Source: Auanema rhodensis
Taxonomy: Eukaryota > Animalia > Nematoda
NCBI GenBank assembly: GCA_964057225.1
Contig: OZ059894.1
Location: 22,878,001 to 22,942,000, forward strand
DNA: 64,000 bases
Reading direction: 5' to 3'
Shown: positions 42,122 to 57,214 of the stretch, in pieces
Layout of the letters: the number at the start of each line of letters is the position of its first letter
Position numbering within the stretch: position 1 is the stretch's first letter
Notes under the pieces: generated by a model
Told to the model about the DNA's origin: nothing
The model's input: the letters and a program-made list of their open reading frames with translations, nothing else
Databases searched by the model: none
Translations under genes and position numbers: made by a program

Positions 42122-43876
42122 CTTAACAATCCGCATCGAATGCACTATACTACATTAAGAAACGCTTAATACAAAAATTAGTTATGATCGTTTGAAAAAT
42201 GATGCATTAGTGTATGTTGAGTTTCCATGTACACTCAACATTGCTTCCAAAAACATTTTGACAAAAATTTTTTCGAAAAATTTCAAAATAATTTAGCAAA
42301 AAGTAGATGTTTTTAGATTCCTTTTTTCAAGGCAAAGACGATGGACAATGTTATTCAACGAAAAAATTAATTCTTCAGGGTGAAAATCGAGGATATAAGT
42401 GTGAACTTATATCAGTTGATATCTCGGTGCATTTTTAAGTTAGCGCAAATCTGATAACACAGATCGACGAGGCTTAAAAATCCGCATCGAATGCACTATA
42501 CTACATTAAGAAACGCTTAATACAAAAATTAGTTATGATCGTTTGAAAAATGATGCATTAGTGTATGTTGAGTTTCCATGTACACTCAACATTGCTTCCA
42601 AAAACATTTTGACAAAAATTTTTTCGAAAAATTTCAGAATAATTCAGCAAAAAGTAGATGATTTTAGATTCCATTTTTCAAGGCAAAGACGATGAACAAT
42701 GTTATTCAACGAAAAAATTAATTCTTCAGGGTGAAAATCGAGGATATAAGTGTGAACTTATATCAGTTGATATCTCGGTGCATTTTTAAGCTAGCGCAAA
42801 TCTGATAACACAGATCGACGCAGCTTAACAATCCGCATCGAATGCACTATACTACATTGAAAAACGCTTAATACAAAAATTAGTTATGATCGTTTGAAAA
42901 ATGATGCATTAGTGTATGTTGAGTTTCCATGTACACTCAACATTGCTTCCAAAAACATTTTGACAAAAATTTTTTCGAAAAATTTCAGAATAATTTAGCA
43001 AAAAGTAGATGTTTTTAGATTCCATTTTTCAAGGTAAAGACGATGGACAATGTTATTCAACGAAAAAATCAATTCTTCAGGGTGAAAATCGAGGATATAA
43101 GTGTGAACTTATATCAGTTGATATCTCGGTGCATTTTTAAGCTAGCGCAAATCTGATAACACAGATCGACGCAGCTTAAAAATCCGCATCGAATGCACTA
43201 TACTACATTGAGAAACGATTAATACAAAAATTAGTTATGATCGTTTGAAAAATGATGCATTAGTGTATGTTGAGTTTCCATGTACACTCAACATTGCTTC
43301 CAAAAACATTTTGACAAAAATTTTTTCGAAAAATTTCAGAATAATTTAGCAAAAAGTAGATGTTTTTAGATTTCTTTTTCCAAGGCAAAGACGATGGTCA
43401 ATGTTATTCAACGAAAAAATCAATTCTTCAGGGTGAAAATCGAGGATATAAGTGTGTACTTATATCAGTTGATATCTCGGTGCATTTTTAAGCTAGCGCA
43501 AATCTGATAACACAGATCGACGCAGCTTAAAAATCCGCATCGAATGCACTATACTACATTAAGAAACGCTTAATACAAAAATTAGTTATGATCGTTTGAA
43601 AAATGATGCATTAGTGTATGTTGAGTTTCCATGTACACTCAACATTGCTTCCAAAAACATTTTGACAAAAATTTTTTCGAAAAATTTCAGAATAATTTAG
43701 CAAAAAGTAGATGTTTTTAGATTCCATTTTTCAAGGCAAAGACGATGGACAATGTTATTCAACGAAAAAATCAATTCTTCAGGGTGAAAATCGAGGATAT
43801 AAGTGTGAACTTATATCAGTTGATATCTCGGTGCATTTTTAAGCTAGCGCAAATCTGATAACACAGATCGACGCAG

Positions 43877-46800
43877 CTTAAAAATCCGCATCGAATGCAC
43901 TATACTACATTGAGAAACGCTTAATACAAAAATTAGTTATGATCGTTTGAAAAATGATGCATTAGTGTATGTTGAGTTTCCATGTACACTCAACATTGCT
44001 TCCAAAAACATTTTGACAAAAATTTTTTCGAAAAATTTCAGAATAATTCAGCAAAAAGTAGATGATTTTAGATTTCATTTTTCAAGGCAAAGACGATGGA
44101 CAATGTTATTCAACGAAAAAATCAATTCTTCAGGGTGAAAATCGAGGATATAAGTGTGAACTTATATCAGTTGATATCTCGGTGCATTTTTAAGCTAGCG
44201 CAAATCTGATAACACAGATCGACGCAGCTTAAAAATCCGCATCGAATGCACTATACTACATTAAGAAACGCTTAATACAAAAATTAGTTATGATCGTTTG
44301 AAAAATGATGCATTAGTGTATGTTGAGTTTCCATGTACACTCAACATTGCTTCCAAAAACATTTTGACAAAAATTTTTTCGAAAAATTTCAGAATAATTC
44401 AGCAAAAAGTAGATGATTTTAGATTCCATTTTTCAAGGCAAAGACGATGAACAATGTTATTCAACGAAAAAATTAATTCTTCAGGGTGAAAATCGAGGAT
44501 ATAAGTGTGAACTTATATCAGTTGATATCTCGGTGCATTTTTAAGCTAGCGCAAATCTGATAACACAGATCGACGCAGCTTAAAAATCCGCATCGAATGC
44601 ACTATACTACATTGAGAAACGATTAATACAAAAATTAGTTATGATCGTTTGAAAAATGATGCATTAGTGTATGTTGAGTTTCCATGTACACTCAACATTG
44701 CTTCCAAAAATATTTTGACAAAAATTTTTTCGAAAAATTTCAGAATAATTTAGCAAAAAGTAGATGTTTTTAGATTCCATTTTTCAAGGCAAAGACGATG
44801 GACAATGTTATTCAACGAAAAAATCAATTCTTCAGGGTGAAAATCGAGGATATAAGTGTGAACTTATATCAGTTGATATCTCGGTGCATTTTTAAGCTAG
44901 CGCAAATCTGATAACACAGATCGACGCAGCTTAAAAATCCGCATCGAATGCTCTATACTACATTGAGAAACGCTCAATACAAAAATTAGTTATGATTGTT
45001 TGAAAAATGATGCATTAGTGTATGTTGAGTTTCCATGTACACTCAACATTGCTTCCAAAAACATTTTGACAAAAAGTTTTTCGAAAAATTTCAGAATAAT
45101 TTAGCAAAAAGTAGATGTTTTTAGATTCCTTTTTTCAAGGCAAAGACGATGGTCAATGTTATTCAACGAAAAAATCAATTCTTCAGGGTGAAAATCGAGG
45201 ATATAAGTGTGAACTTATATCAGTTGATATCTCGGTGCATTTTTAAGCTAGCGCAAATCTGATAACACAGATCGACGCAGCTTAACAATCCGCATCGAAT
45301 GCACTATACTACATTGAAAAACGCTTAATACAAAAATTAGTTATGATCGTTTGAAAAATGATGCATTAGTGTATGTTGAGTTTCCATGTACACTCAACAT
45401 TGCTTCCAAAAACATTTTGACAAAAATTTTTTCGAAAAATTTCAGAATAATTTAGCAAAAAGTAGATGTTTTTAGATTCCATTTTTCAAGGCAAAGACGA
45501 TGGACAATGTTATTCAACGAAAAAATCAATTCTTCAGGGTGAAAATCGAGGATATAAGTGTGAACTTATATCAGTTGATATCTCGGTGCATTTTTAAGCT
45601 AGCGCAAATCTGATAACACAGATCGACGCAGCTTAAAAATCCGCATCGAATGCACTATACTACATTGAGAAACGCTTAATACAAAAATTAGTTATGATCG
45701 TTTGAAAAATGATGCATTAGTGTATGTTGAGTTTCCATGTACACTCAACATTGCTTCCAAAAACATTTTGACAAAAATTTTTTCGAAAAATTTCAGAATA
45801 ATTCAGCAAAAAGTAGATGATTTTAGATTTCATTTTTCAAGGCAAAGACGATGGACAATGTTATTCAACGAAAAAATCAATTCTTCAGGGTGAAAATCGA
45901 GGATATAAGTGTGAACTTATATCAGTTGATATCTCGGTGCATTTTTAAGCTAGCGCAAATCTGATAACACAGATCGACGCAGCTTAAAAATCCGCATCGA
46001 ATGCACTATACTACATTAAGAAACGCTTAATACAAAAATTAGTTATGATCGTTTGAAAAATGATGCATTAGTGTATGTTGAGTTTCCATGTACACTCAAC
46101 ATTGCTTCCAAAAACATTTTGACAAAAATTTTTTCGAAAAATTTCAGAATAATTCAGCAAAAAGTAGATGATTTTAGATTCCATTTTTCAAGGCAAAGAC
46201 GATGAACAATGTTATTCAACGAAAAAATTAATTCTTCAGGGTGAAAATCGAGGATATAAGTGTGAACTTATATCAGTTGATATCTCGGTGCATTTTTAAG
46301 CTAGCGCAAATCTGATAACACAGATCGACGCAGCTTAAAAATCCGCATCGAATGCACTATACTACATTGAGAAACGATTAATACAAAAATTAGTTATGAT
46401 CGTTTGAAAAATGATGCATTAGTGTATGTTGAGTTTCCATGTACACTCAACATTGCTTCCAAAAATATTTTGACAAAAATTTTTTCGAAAAATTTCAGAA
46501 TAATTTAGCAAAAAGTAGATGTTTTTAGATTCCATTTTTCAAGGCAAAGACGATGGACAATGTTATTCAACGAAAAAATCAATTCTTCAGGGTGAAAATC
46601 GAGGATATAAGTGTGAACTTATATCAGTTGATATCTCGGTGCATTTTTAAGCTAGCGCAAATCTGATAACACAGATCGACGCAGCTTAAAAATCCGCATC
46701 GAATGCACTATACTACATTGAGAAACGCTCAATACAAAAATTAGTTATGATTGTTTGAAAAATGATGCATTAGTGTATGTTGAGTTTCCATGTACACTCA

Positions 46801-47386
46801 ACATTGCTTCCAAAAACATTTTGACAAAAAGTTTTTCGAAAAATTTCAGAATAATTTAGCAAAAAGTAGATGTTTTTAGATTCCTTTTTTCAAGGCAAAG
46901 ACGATGGTCAATGTTATTCAACGAAAAAATCAATTCTTCAGGGTGAAAATCGAGGATATAAGTGTGAACTTATATCAGTTGATATCTCGGTGCATTTTTA
47001 AGCTAGCGCAAATCTGATAACACAGATCGACGCAGCTTAACAATCCGCATCGAATGCACTATACTACATTGAAAAACGCTTAATACAAAAATTAGTTATG
47101 ATCGTTTGAAAAATGATGCATTAGTGTATGTTGAGTTTCCATGTACACTCAACATTGCTTCCAAAAACATTTTGACAAAAATTTTTTCGAAAAATTTCAG
47201 AATAATTTAGCAAAAAGTAGATGTTTTTAGATTCCTTTTTTCAAGGCAAAGACGATGGTCAATGTTATTCAACGAAAAAGTCAATTCTTCAGGGTGAAAA
47301 TCGAGGATATAAGTGTGAACTTATATCAGTTGATATCTCGGTGCATTTTTAAGCTAGCGCAAATCTGATAACACAGATCGACGCAG
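43877..47386 (+). repeat. Local 5-monomer (1755-bp) duplication
   Basis: M126-129 match M131-134. The aaaatatt marker is at M128 and M133, and the ORF-track hits at 43947 and 45702 are 1755 bp apart. Confidence 0.8.
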
Positions 47387-48439
47387 CTTAAAAATCCGCA
47401 TCGAATGCACTATACTACATTGAGAAACGATTAATACAAAAATTAGTTATGATCGTTTGAAAAATGATGCATTAGTGTATGTTGAGTTTCCATGTACACT
47501 CAACATTGCTTCCAAAAACATTTTGACAAAAATTTTTTCGAAAAATTTCAGAATAATTTAGCAAAAAGTAGATGTTTTTAGATTCCATTTTTCAAGGCAA
47601 AGACGATGGACAATGTTATTCAACGAAAAAATCAATTCTTCAGGGTGAAAATCGAGGATATAAGTGTGAACTTATATCAGTTGATATCTCGGTGCATTTT
47701 TAAGCTAGCGCAAATCTGATAACACAGATCGACGCAGCTTAAAAATCCGCATCGAATGCACTATACTACATTGAGAAACGCTTAATACAAAAATTAGTTA
47801 TGATCGTTTGAAAAATGATGCATTAGTGTATGTTGAGTTTCCATGTACACTCAACATTGCTTCCAAAAACATTTTGACAAAAATTTTTTCGAAAAATTTC
47901 AAAATAATTTTGCAAAAAGTAGATGTTTTTAGATTCCATTTTTCAAGGCAAAGACGATGGACAATGTTATTCAACGAAAAAATTAATTCTTCAGGGTGAA
48001 AATCGAGGATATAAGTGTGAACTTATATCAGTTGATATCTCGGTGCATTTTTTAGCTAGCGCAAATCTGATAACACAGATCGACGCAGCTTAAAAATCCG
48101 CATCGAATGCACTATACTACATTAAGAAACGCTTAATACAAAAATTAGTTATGATCGTTTGAAAAATGATGCATTAGTGTATGTTGAGTTTCCATGTACA
48201 CTCAACATTGCTTCCAAAAACATTTTGACAAAAATTTTTTCGAAAAATTTCAGAATAATTCAGCAAAAAGTAGATGATTTTAGATTTCATTTTTCAAGGC
48301 AAAGACGATGAACAATGTTATTCAACGAAAAAATTAATTCTTCAGGGTGAAAATCGAGGATATAAGTGTGAACTTATATCAGTTGATATCTCGGTGCATT
48401 TTTAAGCTAGCGCAAATCTGATAACACAGATCGACGCAG

Positions 48440-51400
48440 CTTAACAATCCGCATCGAATGCACTATACTACATTAAGAAACGCTTAATACAAAAATTAGT
48501 TATGATCGTTTGAAAAATGATGCATTAGTGTATGTTGAGTTTCCATGTACACTCAACATTGCTTCCAAAAACATTTTGACAAAAATTTTTTCGAAAAATT
48601 TCAAAATAATTTAGCAAAAAGTAGATGTTTTTAGATTCCATTTTTCAAGGCAAAGACGATGGACAATGTTATTCAACGAAAAAATTAATTCTTCAGGGTG
48701 AAAATCGAGGATATAAGTGTGAACTTATATCAGTTGATATCTCGGTGAATTTTTAAGCTAGCGCAAATCGGATAACACAGATCGACGCAGCTTAAAAATT
48801 CGCATCGAATGCACTATACTACATTGAGAAACGCTCAATACAAAAATTAGTTATGATTGTTTGAAAAATGATGCATTAGTGTATGTTGAGTTTCCATGTA
48901 CACTCAACATTGCTTCCAAAAACATTTTGACAAAAAGTTTTTCGAAAAATTTCAGAATAATTTAGCAAAAAGTAGATGTTTTTAGATTCCTTTTTTCAAG
49001 GCAAAGACGATGGTCAATGTTATTCAACGAAAAAATCAATTCTTCAGGGTGAAAATCGAGGATATAAGTGTGAACTTATATCAGTTGATATCTCGGTGCA
49101 TTTTTAAGCTAGCGCAAATCTGATAACACAGATCGACGCAGCTTAACAATCCGCATCGAATGCACTATACTACATTGAAAAACGCTTAATACAAAAATTA
49201 GTTATGATCGTTTGAAAAATGATGCATTAGTGTATGTTGAGTTTCCATGTACACTCAACATTGCTTCCAAAAACATTTTGACAAAAATTTTTTCGAAAAA
49301 TTTCAGAATAATTTAGCAAAAAGTAGATGTTTTTAGATTCCTTTTTTCAAGGCAAAGACGATGGTCAATGTTATTCAACGAAAAAATCAATTCTTCAGGG
49401 TGAAAATCGAGGATATAAGTGTGAACTTATATCAGTTGATATCTCGGTGCATTTTTAAGCTAGCGCAAATCTGATAACACAGATCGACGCAGCTTAAAAA
49501 TCCGCATCGAATGCACTATACTACATTAAGAAACGCTTAATACAAAAATTAGTTATGATCGTTTGAAAAATGATGCATTAGTGTATGTTGAGTTTCCATG
49601 TACACTCAACATTGCTTCCAAAAACATTTTGACAAAAATTTTTTCGAAAAATTTCAGAATAATTTAGCAAAAAGTAGATGTTTTTAGATTCCATTTTTCA
49701 AGGCAAAGACGATGGACAATGTTATTCAACGAAAAAATCAATTCTTCAGGGTGAAAATCGAGGATATAAGTGTGAACTTATATCAGTTGATATCTCGGTG
49801 CATTTTTAAGCTAGCGCAAATCTGATAACACAGATCGACGCAGCTTAACAATCCGCATCGAATGCACTATACTACATTAAGAAACGCTTAATACAAAAAT
49901 TAGTTATGATCGTTTGAAAAATGATGCATTAGTGTATGTTGAGTTTCCATGTACACTCAACATTGCTTCCAAAAACATTTTGACAAAAATTTTTTCGAAA
50001 AATTTCAGAATAATTCAGCAAAAAGTAGATGATTTTAGATTTCATTTTTCAAGGCAAAGACGATGAACAATGTTATTCAACGAAAAAATTAATTCTTCAG
50101 GGTGAAAATCGAGGATATAAGTGTGAACTTATATCAGTTGATATCTCGGTGCATTTTTAAGCTAGCGCAAATCTGATAACACAGATCGACGCAGCTTAAC
50201 AATCCGCATCGAATGCACTATACTACATTGAAAAACGCTTAATACAAAAATTAGTTATGATCGTTTGAAAAATGATGCATTAGTGTATGTTGAGTTTCCA
50301 TGTACACTCAACATTGCTTCCAAAAACATTTTGACAAAAATTTTTTCGAAAAATTTCAGAATAATTTAGCAAAAAGTAGATGTTTTTAGATTCCATTTTT
50401 CAAGGCAAAGACGATGGACAATGTTATTCAACGAAAAAATCAATTCTTCAGGGTGAAAATCGAGGATATAAGTGTGAACTTATATCAGTTGATATCTCGG
50501 TGCATTTTTAAGCTAGCGCAAATCTGATAACACAGATCGACGCAGCTTAAAAATCCGCATCGAATGCACTATACTACATTAAGAAACGCTTAATACAAAA
50601 ATTAGTTATGATCGTTTGAAAAATGATGCATTAGTGTATGTTGAGTTTCCATGTACACTCAACATTGCTTCCAAAAACATTTTGACAAAAATTTTTTCGA
50701 AAAATTTCAGAATAATTCAGCAAAAAGTAGATGATTTTAGATTCCATTTTTCAAGGGAAAGACGATGAACAATGTTATTCAACGAAAAAATTAATTCTTC
50801 AGGGTGAAAATCGAGGATATAAGTGTGAACTTATATCAGTTGATATCTCGGTGCATTTTTAAGCTAGCGCAAATCTGATAACACAGATCGACGCAGCTTA
50901 ACAATCCGCATCGAATGCACTATACTACATTGAAAAACGCTTAATACAAAAATTAGTTATGATCGTTTGAAAAATGATGCTTTAGTGTATGTTGAGTTTC
51001 CATGTACACTCAACATTGCTTCCAAAAACATTTTGACAAAAATTTTTTCGAAAAATTTCAGAATAATTTAGCAAAAAGTAGATGTTTTTAGATTCCTTTT
51101 TTCAAGGCAAAGACGATGGTCAATGTTATTCAACGAAAAAATCAATTCTTCAGGGTGAAAATCGAGGATATAAGTGTGAACTTATATCAGTTGATATCTC
51201 GGTGCATTTTTTAGCTAGCGCAAATCTGATAACACAGATCGACGCAGCTTAAAAATCCGCATCGAATGCACTATACTACATTAAGAAACGCTTAATACAA
51301 AAATTAGTTATGATCGTTTGAAAAATGATGCATTAGTGTATGTTGAGTTTCCATGTACACTCAACATTGCTTCCAAAAACATTTTGACAAAAATTTTTTC

Positions 51401-54055
51401 GAAAAATTTCAAAATAATTTAGCAAAAAGTAGATGTTTTTAGATTCCATTTTTCAAGGCAAAGACGATGGACAATGTTATTCAACGAAAAAATTAATTCT
51501 TCAGGGTGAAAATCGAGGATATAAGTGTGAACTTATATCAGTTGATATCTCGGTGCATTTTTAAGCTAGCGCAAATCGGATAACACAGATCGACGCAGCT
51601 TAAAAATTCGCATCGAATGCACTATACTACATTGAGAAACGCTCAATACAAAAATTAGTTATGATTGTTTGAAAAATGATGCATTAGTGTATGTTGAGTT
51701 TCCATGTACACTCAACATTGCTTCCAAAAACATTTTGACAAAAAGTTTTTCGAAAAATTTCAGAATAATTTAGCAAAAAGTAGATGTTTTTAGATTCCTT
51801 TTTTCAAGGCAAAGACGATGGTCAATGTTATTCAACGAAAAAATCAATTCTTCAGGGTGAAAATCGAGGATATAAGTGTGAACTTATATCAGTTGATATC
51901 TCGGTGCATTTTTAAGCTAGCGCAAATCTGATAACACAGATCGACGCAGCTTAACAATCCGCATCGAATGCACTATACTACATTGAAAAACGCTTAATAC
52001 AAAAATTAGTTATGATCGTTTGAAAAATGATGCATTAGTGTATGTTGAGTTTCCATGTACACTCAACATTGCTTCCAAAAACATTTTGACAAAAATTTTT
52101 TCGAAAAATTTCAGAATAATTTAGCAAAAAGTAGATGTTTTTAGATTCCTTTTTTCAAGGCAAAGACGATGGTCAATGTTATTCAACGAAAAAATCAATT
52201 CTTCAGGGTGAAAATCGAGGATATAAGTGTGAACTTATATCAGTTGATATCTCGGTGCATTTTTAAGCTAGCGCAAATCTGATAACACAGATCGACGCAG
52301 CTTAAAAATCCGCATCGAATGCACTATACTACATTAAGAAACGCTTAATACAAAAATTAGTTATGATCGTTTGAAAAATGATGCATTAGTGTATGTTGAG
52401 TTTCCATGTACACTCAACATTGCTTCCAAAAACATTTTGACAAAAATTTTTTCGAAAAATTTCAGAATAATTTAGCAAAAAGTAGATGTTTTTAGATTCC
52501 ATTTTTCAAGGCAAAGACGATGGACAATGTTATTCAACGAAAAAATCAATTCTTCAGGGTGAAAATCGAGGATATAAGTGTGAACTTATATCAGTTGATA
52601 TCTCGGTGCATTTTTAAGCTAGCGCAAATCTGATAACACAGATCGACGCAGCTTAACAATCCGCATCGAATGCACTATACTACATTAAGAAACGCTTAAT
52701 ACAAAAATTAGTTATGATCGTTTGAAAAATGATGCATTAGTGTATGTTGAGTTTCCATGTACACTCAACATTGCTTCCAAAAACATTTTGACAAAAATTT
52801 TTTCGAAAAATTTCAGAATAATTCAGCAAAAAGTAGATGATTTTAGATTTCATTTTTCAAGGCAAAGACGATGAACAATGTTATTCAACGAAAAAATTAA
52901 TTCTTCAGGGTGAAAATCGAGGATATAAGTGTGAACTTATATCAGTTGATATCTCGGTGCATTTTTAAGCTAGCGCAAATCTGATAACACAGATCGACGC
53001 AGCTTAACAATCCGCATCGAATGCACTATACTACATTGAAAAACGCTTAATACAAAAATTAGTTATGATCGTTTGAAAAATGATGCATTAGTGTATGTTG
53101 AGTTTCCATGTACACTCAACATTGCTTCCAAAAACATTTTGACAAAAATTTTTTCGAAAAATTTCAGAATAATTTAGCAAAAAGTAGATGTTTTTAGATT
53201 CCATTTTTCAAGGCAAAGACGATGGACAATGTTATTCAACGAAAAAATCAATTCTTCAGGGTGAAAATCGAGGATATAAGTGTGAACTTATATCAGTTGA
53301 TATCTCGGTGCATTTTTAAGCTAGCGCAAATCTGATAACACAGATCGACGCAGCTTAAAAATCCGCATCGAATGCACTATACTACATTAAGAAACGCTTA
53401 ATACAAAAATTAGTTATGATCGTTTGAAAAATGATGCATTAGTGTATGTTGAGTTTCCATGTACACTCAACATTGCTTCCAAAAACATTTTGACAAAAAT
53501 TTTTTCGAAAAATTTCAGAATAATTCAGCAAAAAGTAGATGATTTTAGATTCCATTTTTCAAGGGAAAGACGATGAACAATGTTATTCAACGAAAAAATT
53601 AATTCTTCAGGGTGAAAATCGAGGATATAAGTGTGAACTTATATCAGTTGATATCTCGGTGCATTTTTAAGCTAGCGCAAATCTGATAACACAGATCGAC
53701 GCAGCTTAACAATCCGCATCGAATGCACTATACTACATTGAAAAACGCTTAATACAAAAATTAGTTATGATCGTTTGAAAAATGATGCTTTAGTGTATGT
53801 TGAGTTTCCATGTACACTCAACATTGCTTCCAAAAACATTTTGACAAAAATTTTTTCGAAAAATTTCAGAATAATTTAGCAAAAAGTAGATGTTTTTAGA
53901 TTCCTTTTTTCAAGGCAAAGACGATGGTCAATGTTATTCAACGAAAAAATCAATTCTTCAGGGTGAAAATCGAGGATATAAGTGTGAACTTATATCAGTT
54001 GATATCTCGGTGCATTTTTTAGCTAGCGCAAATCTGATAACACAGATCGACGCAG
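48440..54055 (+). repeat. Local 8-monomer (2808-bp) higher-order repeat, two copies
   Basis: M140-146 match M148-154. aagggaaag occurs at M145 and M153, and gatgcttt with ttttttag at M146 and M154. Confidence 0.85.
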
Positions 54056-57000
54056 CTTAAAAATCCGCATCGAATGCACTATACTACATTAAGAAACGCT
54101 TAATACAAAAATTAGTTATGATCGTTTGAAAAATGATGCATTAGTGTATGTTGAGTTTCCATGTACACTCAACATTGCTTCCAAAAACATTTTGACAAAA
54201 ATTTTTTCGAAAAATTTCAGAATAATTCAGCAAAAAGTAGATGATTTTAGATTTCATTTTTCAAGGCAAAGACGATGAACAATGTTATTCAACGAAAAAA
54301 TTAATTCTTCAGGGTGAAAATCGAGGATATAAGTGTGAACTTATATCAGTTGATATCTCGGTGCATTTTTAAGCTAGCGCAAATCTGATAACACAGATCG
54401 ACGCAGCTTAACAATCCGCATCGAATGCACTATACTACATTGAAAAACGCTTAATACAAAAATTAGTTATGATCGTTTGAAAAATGATGCATTAGTGTAT
54501 GTTGAGTTTCCATGTACACTCAACATTGCTTCCAAAAACATTTTGACAAAAATTTTTTCGAAAAATTTCAGAATAATTTAGCAAAAAGTAGATGTTTTTA
54601 GATTCCATTTTTCAAGGCAAAGACGATGGACAATGTTATTCAACGAAAAAATCAATTCTTCAGGGTGAAAATCGAGGATATAAGTGTGAACTTATATCAG
54701 TTGTTATCTCGGTGCATTTTTAAGCTAGCGCAAATCTGATAACACAGATCGACGCAGCTTAAAAATCCGCATCGAATGCACTATACTACATTAAGAAACG
54801 CTTAATACAAAAATTAGTTATGATCGTTTGAAAAATGATGCATTAGTGTATGTTGAGTTTCCATGTACACTCAACATTGCTTCCAAAAACATTTTGACAA
54901 AAATTTTTTCGAAAAATTTCAGAATAATTCAGCAAAAAGTAGATGATTTTAGATTCCATTTTTCAAGGGAAAGACGATGAACAATGTTATTCAACGAAAA
55001 AATTAATTCTTCAGGGTGAAAATCGAGGATATAAGTGTGAACTTATATCAGTTGATATCTCGGTGCATTTTTAAGCTAGCGCAAATCTGATAACACAGAT
55101 CGACGCAGCTTAACAATCCGCATCGAATGCACTATACTACATTGAAAAACGCTTAATACAAAAATTAGTTATGATCGTTTGAAAAATGATGCTTTAGTGT
55201 ATGTTGAGTTTCCATGTACACTCAACATTGCTTCCAAAAACATTTTGACAAAAATTTTTTCGAAAAATTTCAGAATAATTTAGCAAAAAGTAGATGATTT
55301 TAGATTCCATTTTTCAAGGGAAAGACGATGGACAATGTTATTCAACGAAAAAATCAATTCTTCAGGGTGAAAATCGAGGATATAAGTGTGAACTTATATC
55401 AGTTGATATCTCGGTGCATTTTTAAGCTAGCGCAAATCTGATAACACAGATCGACGCAGCTTAAAAATCCGCATCGAATGCACTATACTCCATTGAGAAA
55501 CGCTTAATACAAAAATTAGTTATGATCGTTCGAAAAATGATGCTTTAGTGTATGTTGAGTTTCCATGTACACTCAACATTGCTTCCAAAAACATTTTGAC
55601 AAAAATTTTTTCGAAAAATTTCAAAATAATTTTGCAAAAAGTAGATGTTTTTGGATTCCTTTTTTCAAGGCAAAGACGATGGACAATGTTATTCAACGAA
55701 AAAATTAATTCTTCAGGGTGAAAATCGAGGATATAAGTGTGAACTTATATCAGTTGATATCTCGGTGCATTTTTAAGCTAGCGCAAATCTGATAACACAG
55801 ATCGACGCAGCTTAACATTCAGCATCGAATGCACTATACTACATTGAGAAACGCTTAATACAAAAATTAGTTATGATCGTTTGAAAAATGATGCATTAGT
55901 GTATGTTGAGTTTCCATGTACACTCAACATTGCTTCCAAAAACATTTTGACAAAAATTTTTTCGAAAAATTTCAGAATAATTTTGCAAAAAGTAGATGTT
56001 TTTGGATTCCTTTTTTCAAGGCAAAGACGATGGACAATGTTATTCAACGAAAAAATCAATTCTTCAGGGTGAAAATCGAGGATATAAGTGTGAACTTATA
56101 TCAGTTGATATCTCGGTGCATTTTTAAGCTAGCGCAAATCTGATAACACAGATCGACGCAGCTTAACATTCAGCATCGAATGCACTATACTACATTGAGA
56201 AACGCTTAATACAAAAATTAGTTATGATCGTTTGAAAAATGATGCATTAGTGTATGTTGAGTTTCCATGTACACTCAACATTGCTTCCAAAAACATTTTG
56301 ACAAAAATTTTTTCGAAAAATTTCAAAATAATTTTGCAAAAAGTAGATGTTTTTGGATTCCTTTTTTCAAGGCAAAGACGATGGACAATGTTATTCAACG
56401 AAAAAATTAATTCTTCAGGGTGAAAATCGAGGATATAAGTGTGAACTTATATCAGTTGATATCTCGGTGCATTTTTAAGCTAGCGCAAATCTGATAACAC
56501 AGATCGACGCAGCTTAAAAATCCGCATCGAATGCACTATACTACATTGAGAAACGCTTAATACAAAAATTAGTTATGATCGTTTGAAAAATGATGCATTA
56601 GTGTATGTTGAGTTTCCATGTACACTCAACATTGCTTCCAAAAACATTTTGACAAAAATTTTTTCGAAAAATTTCAAAATAATTTTGCAAAAAGTAGATG
56701 TTTTTGGATTCCTTTTTTCAAGGCAAAGACGATGGACAATGTTATTCAACGAAAAAATTAATTCTTCAGGGTGAAAATCGAGGATATAAGTGTGAACTTA
56801 TATCAGTTGATATCTCGGTGCATTTTTAAGCTAGCGCAAATCTGATAACACAGATCGACGCAGCTTAACATTCAGCATCGAATGCACTATACTACATTGA
56901 GAAACGCTTAATACAAAAATTAGTTATGATCGTTTGAAAAATGATGCATTAGTGTATGTTGAGTTTCCATGTACACTCAACATTGCTTCCAAAAACATTT

Positions 57001-57214
57001 TGACAAAAATTTTTTCGAAAAATTTCAAAATAATTTAGCAAAAAGTAGATGTTTTTAGATTCCATTTTTCAAGGCAAAGACGATGGACAATGTTATTCAA
57101 CGAAAAAATTAATTCTTCAGGGTGAAAATCGAGGATATAAGTGTGAACTTATATCAGTTGATATCTCGGTGAATTTTTAAGCTAGCGCAAATCGGATAAC
57201 ACAGATCGACGCAG

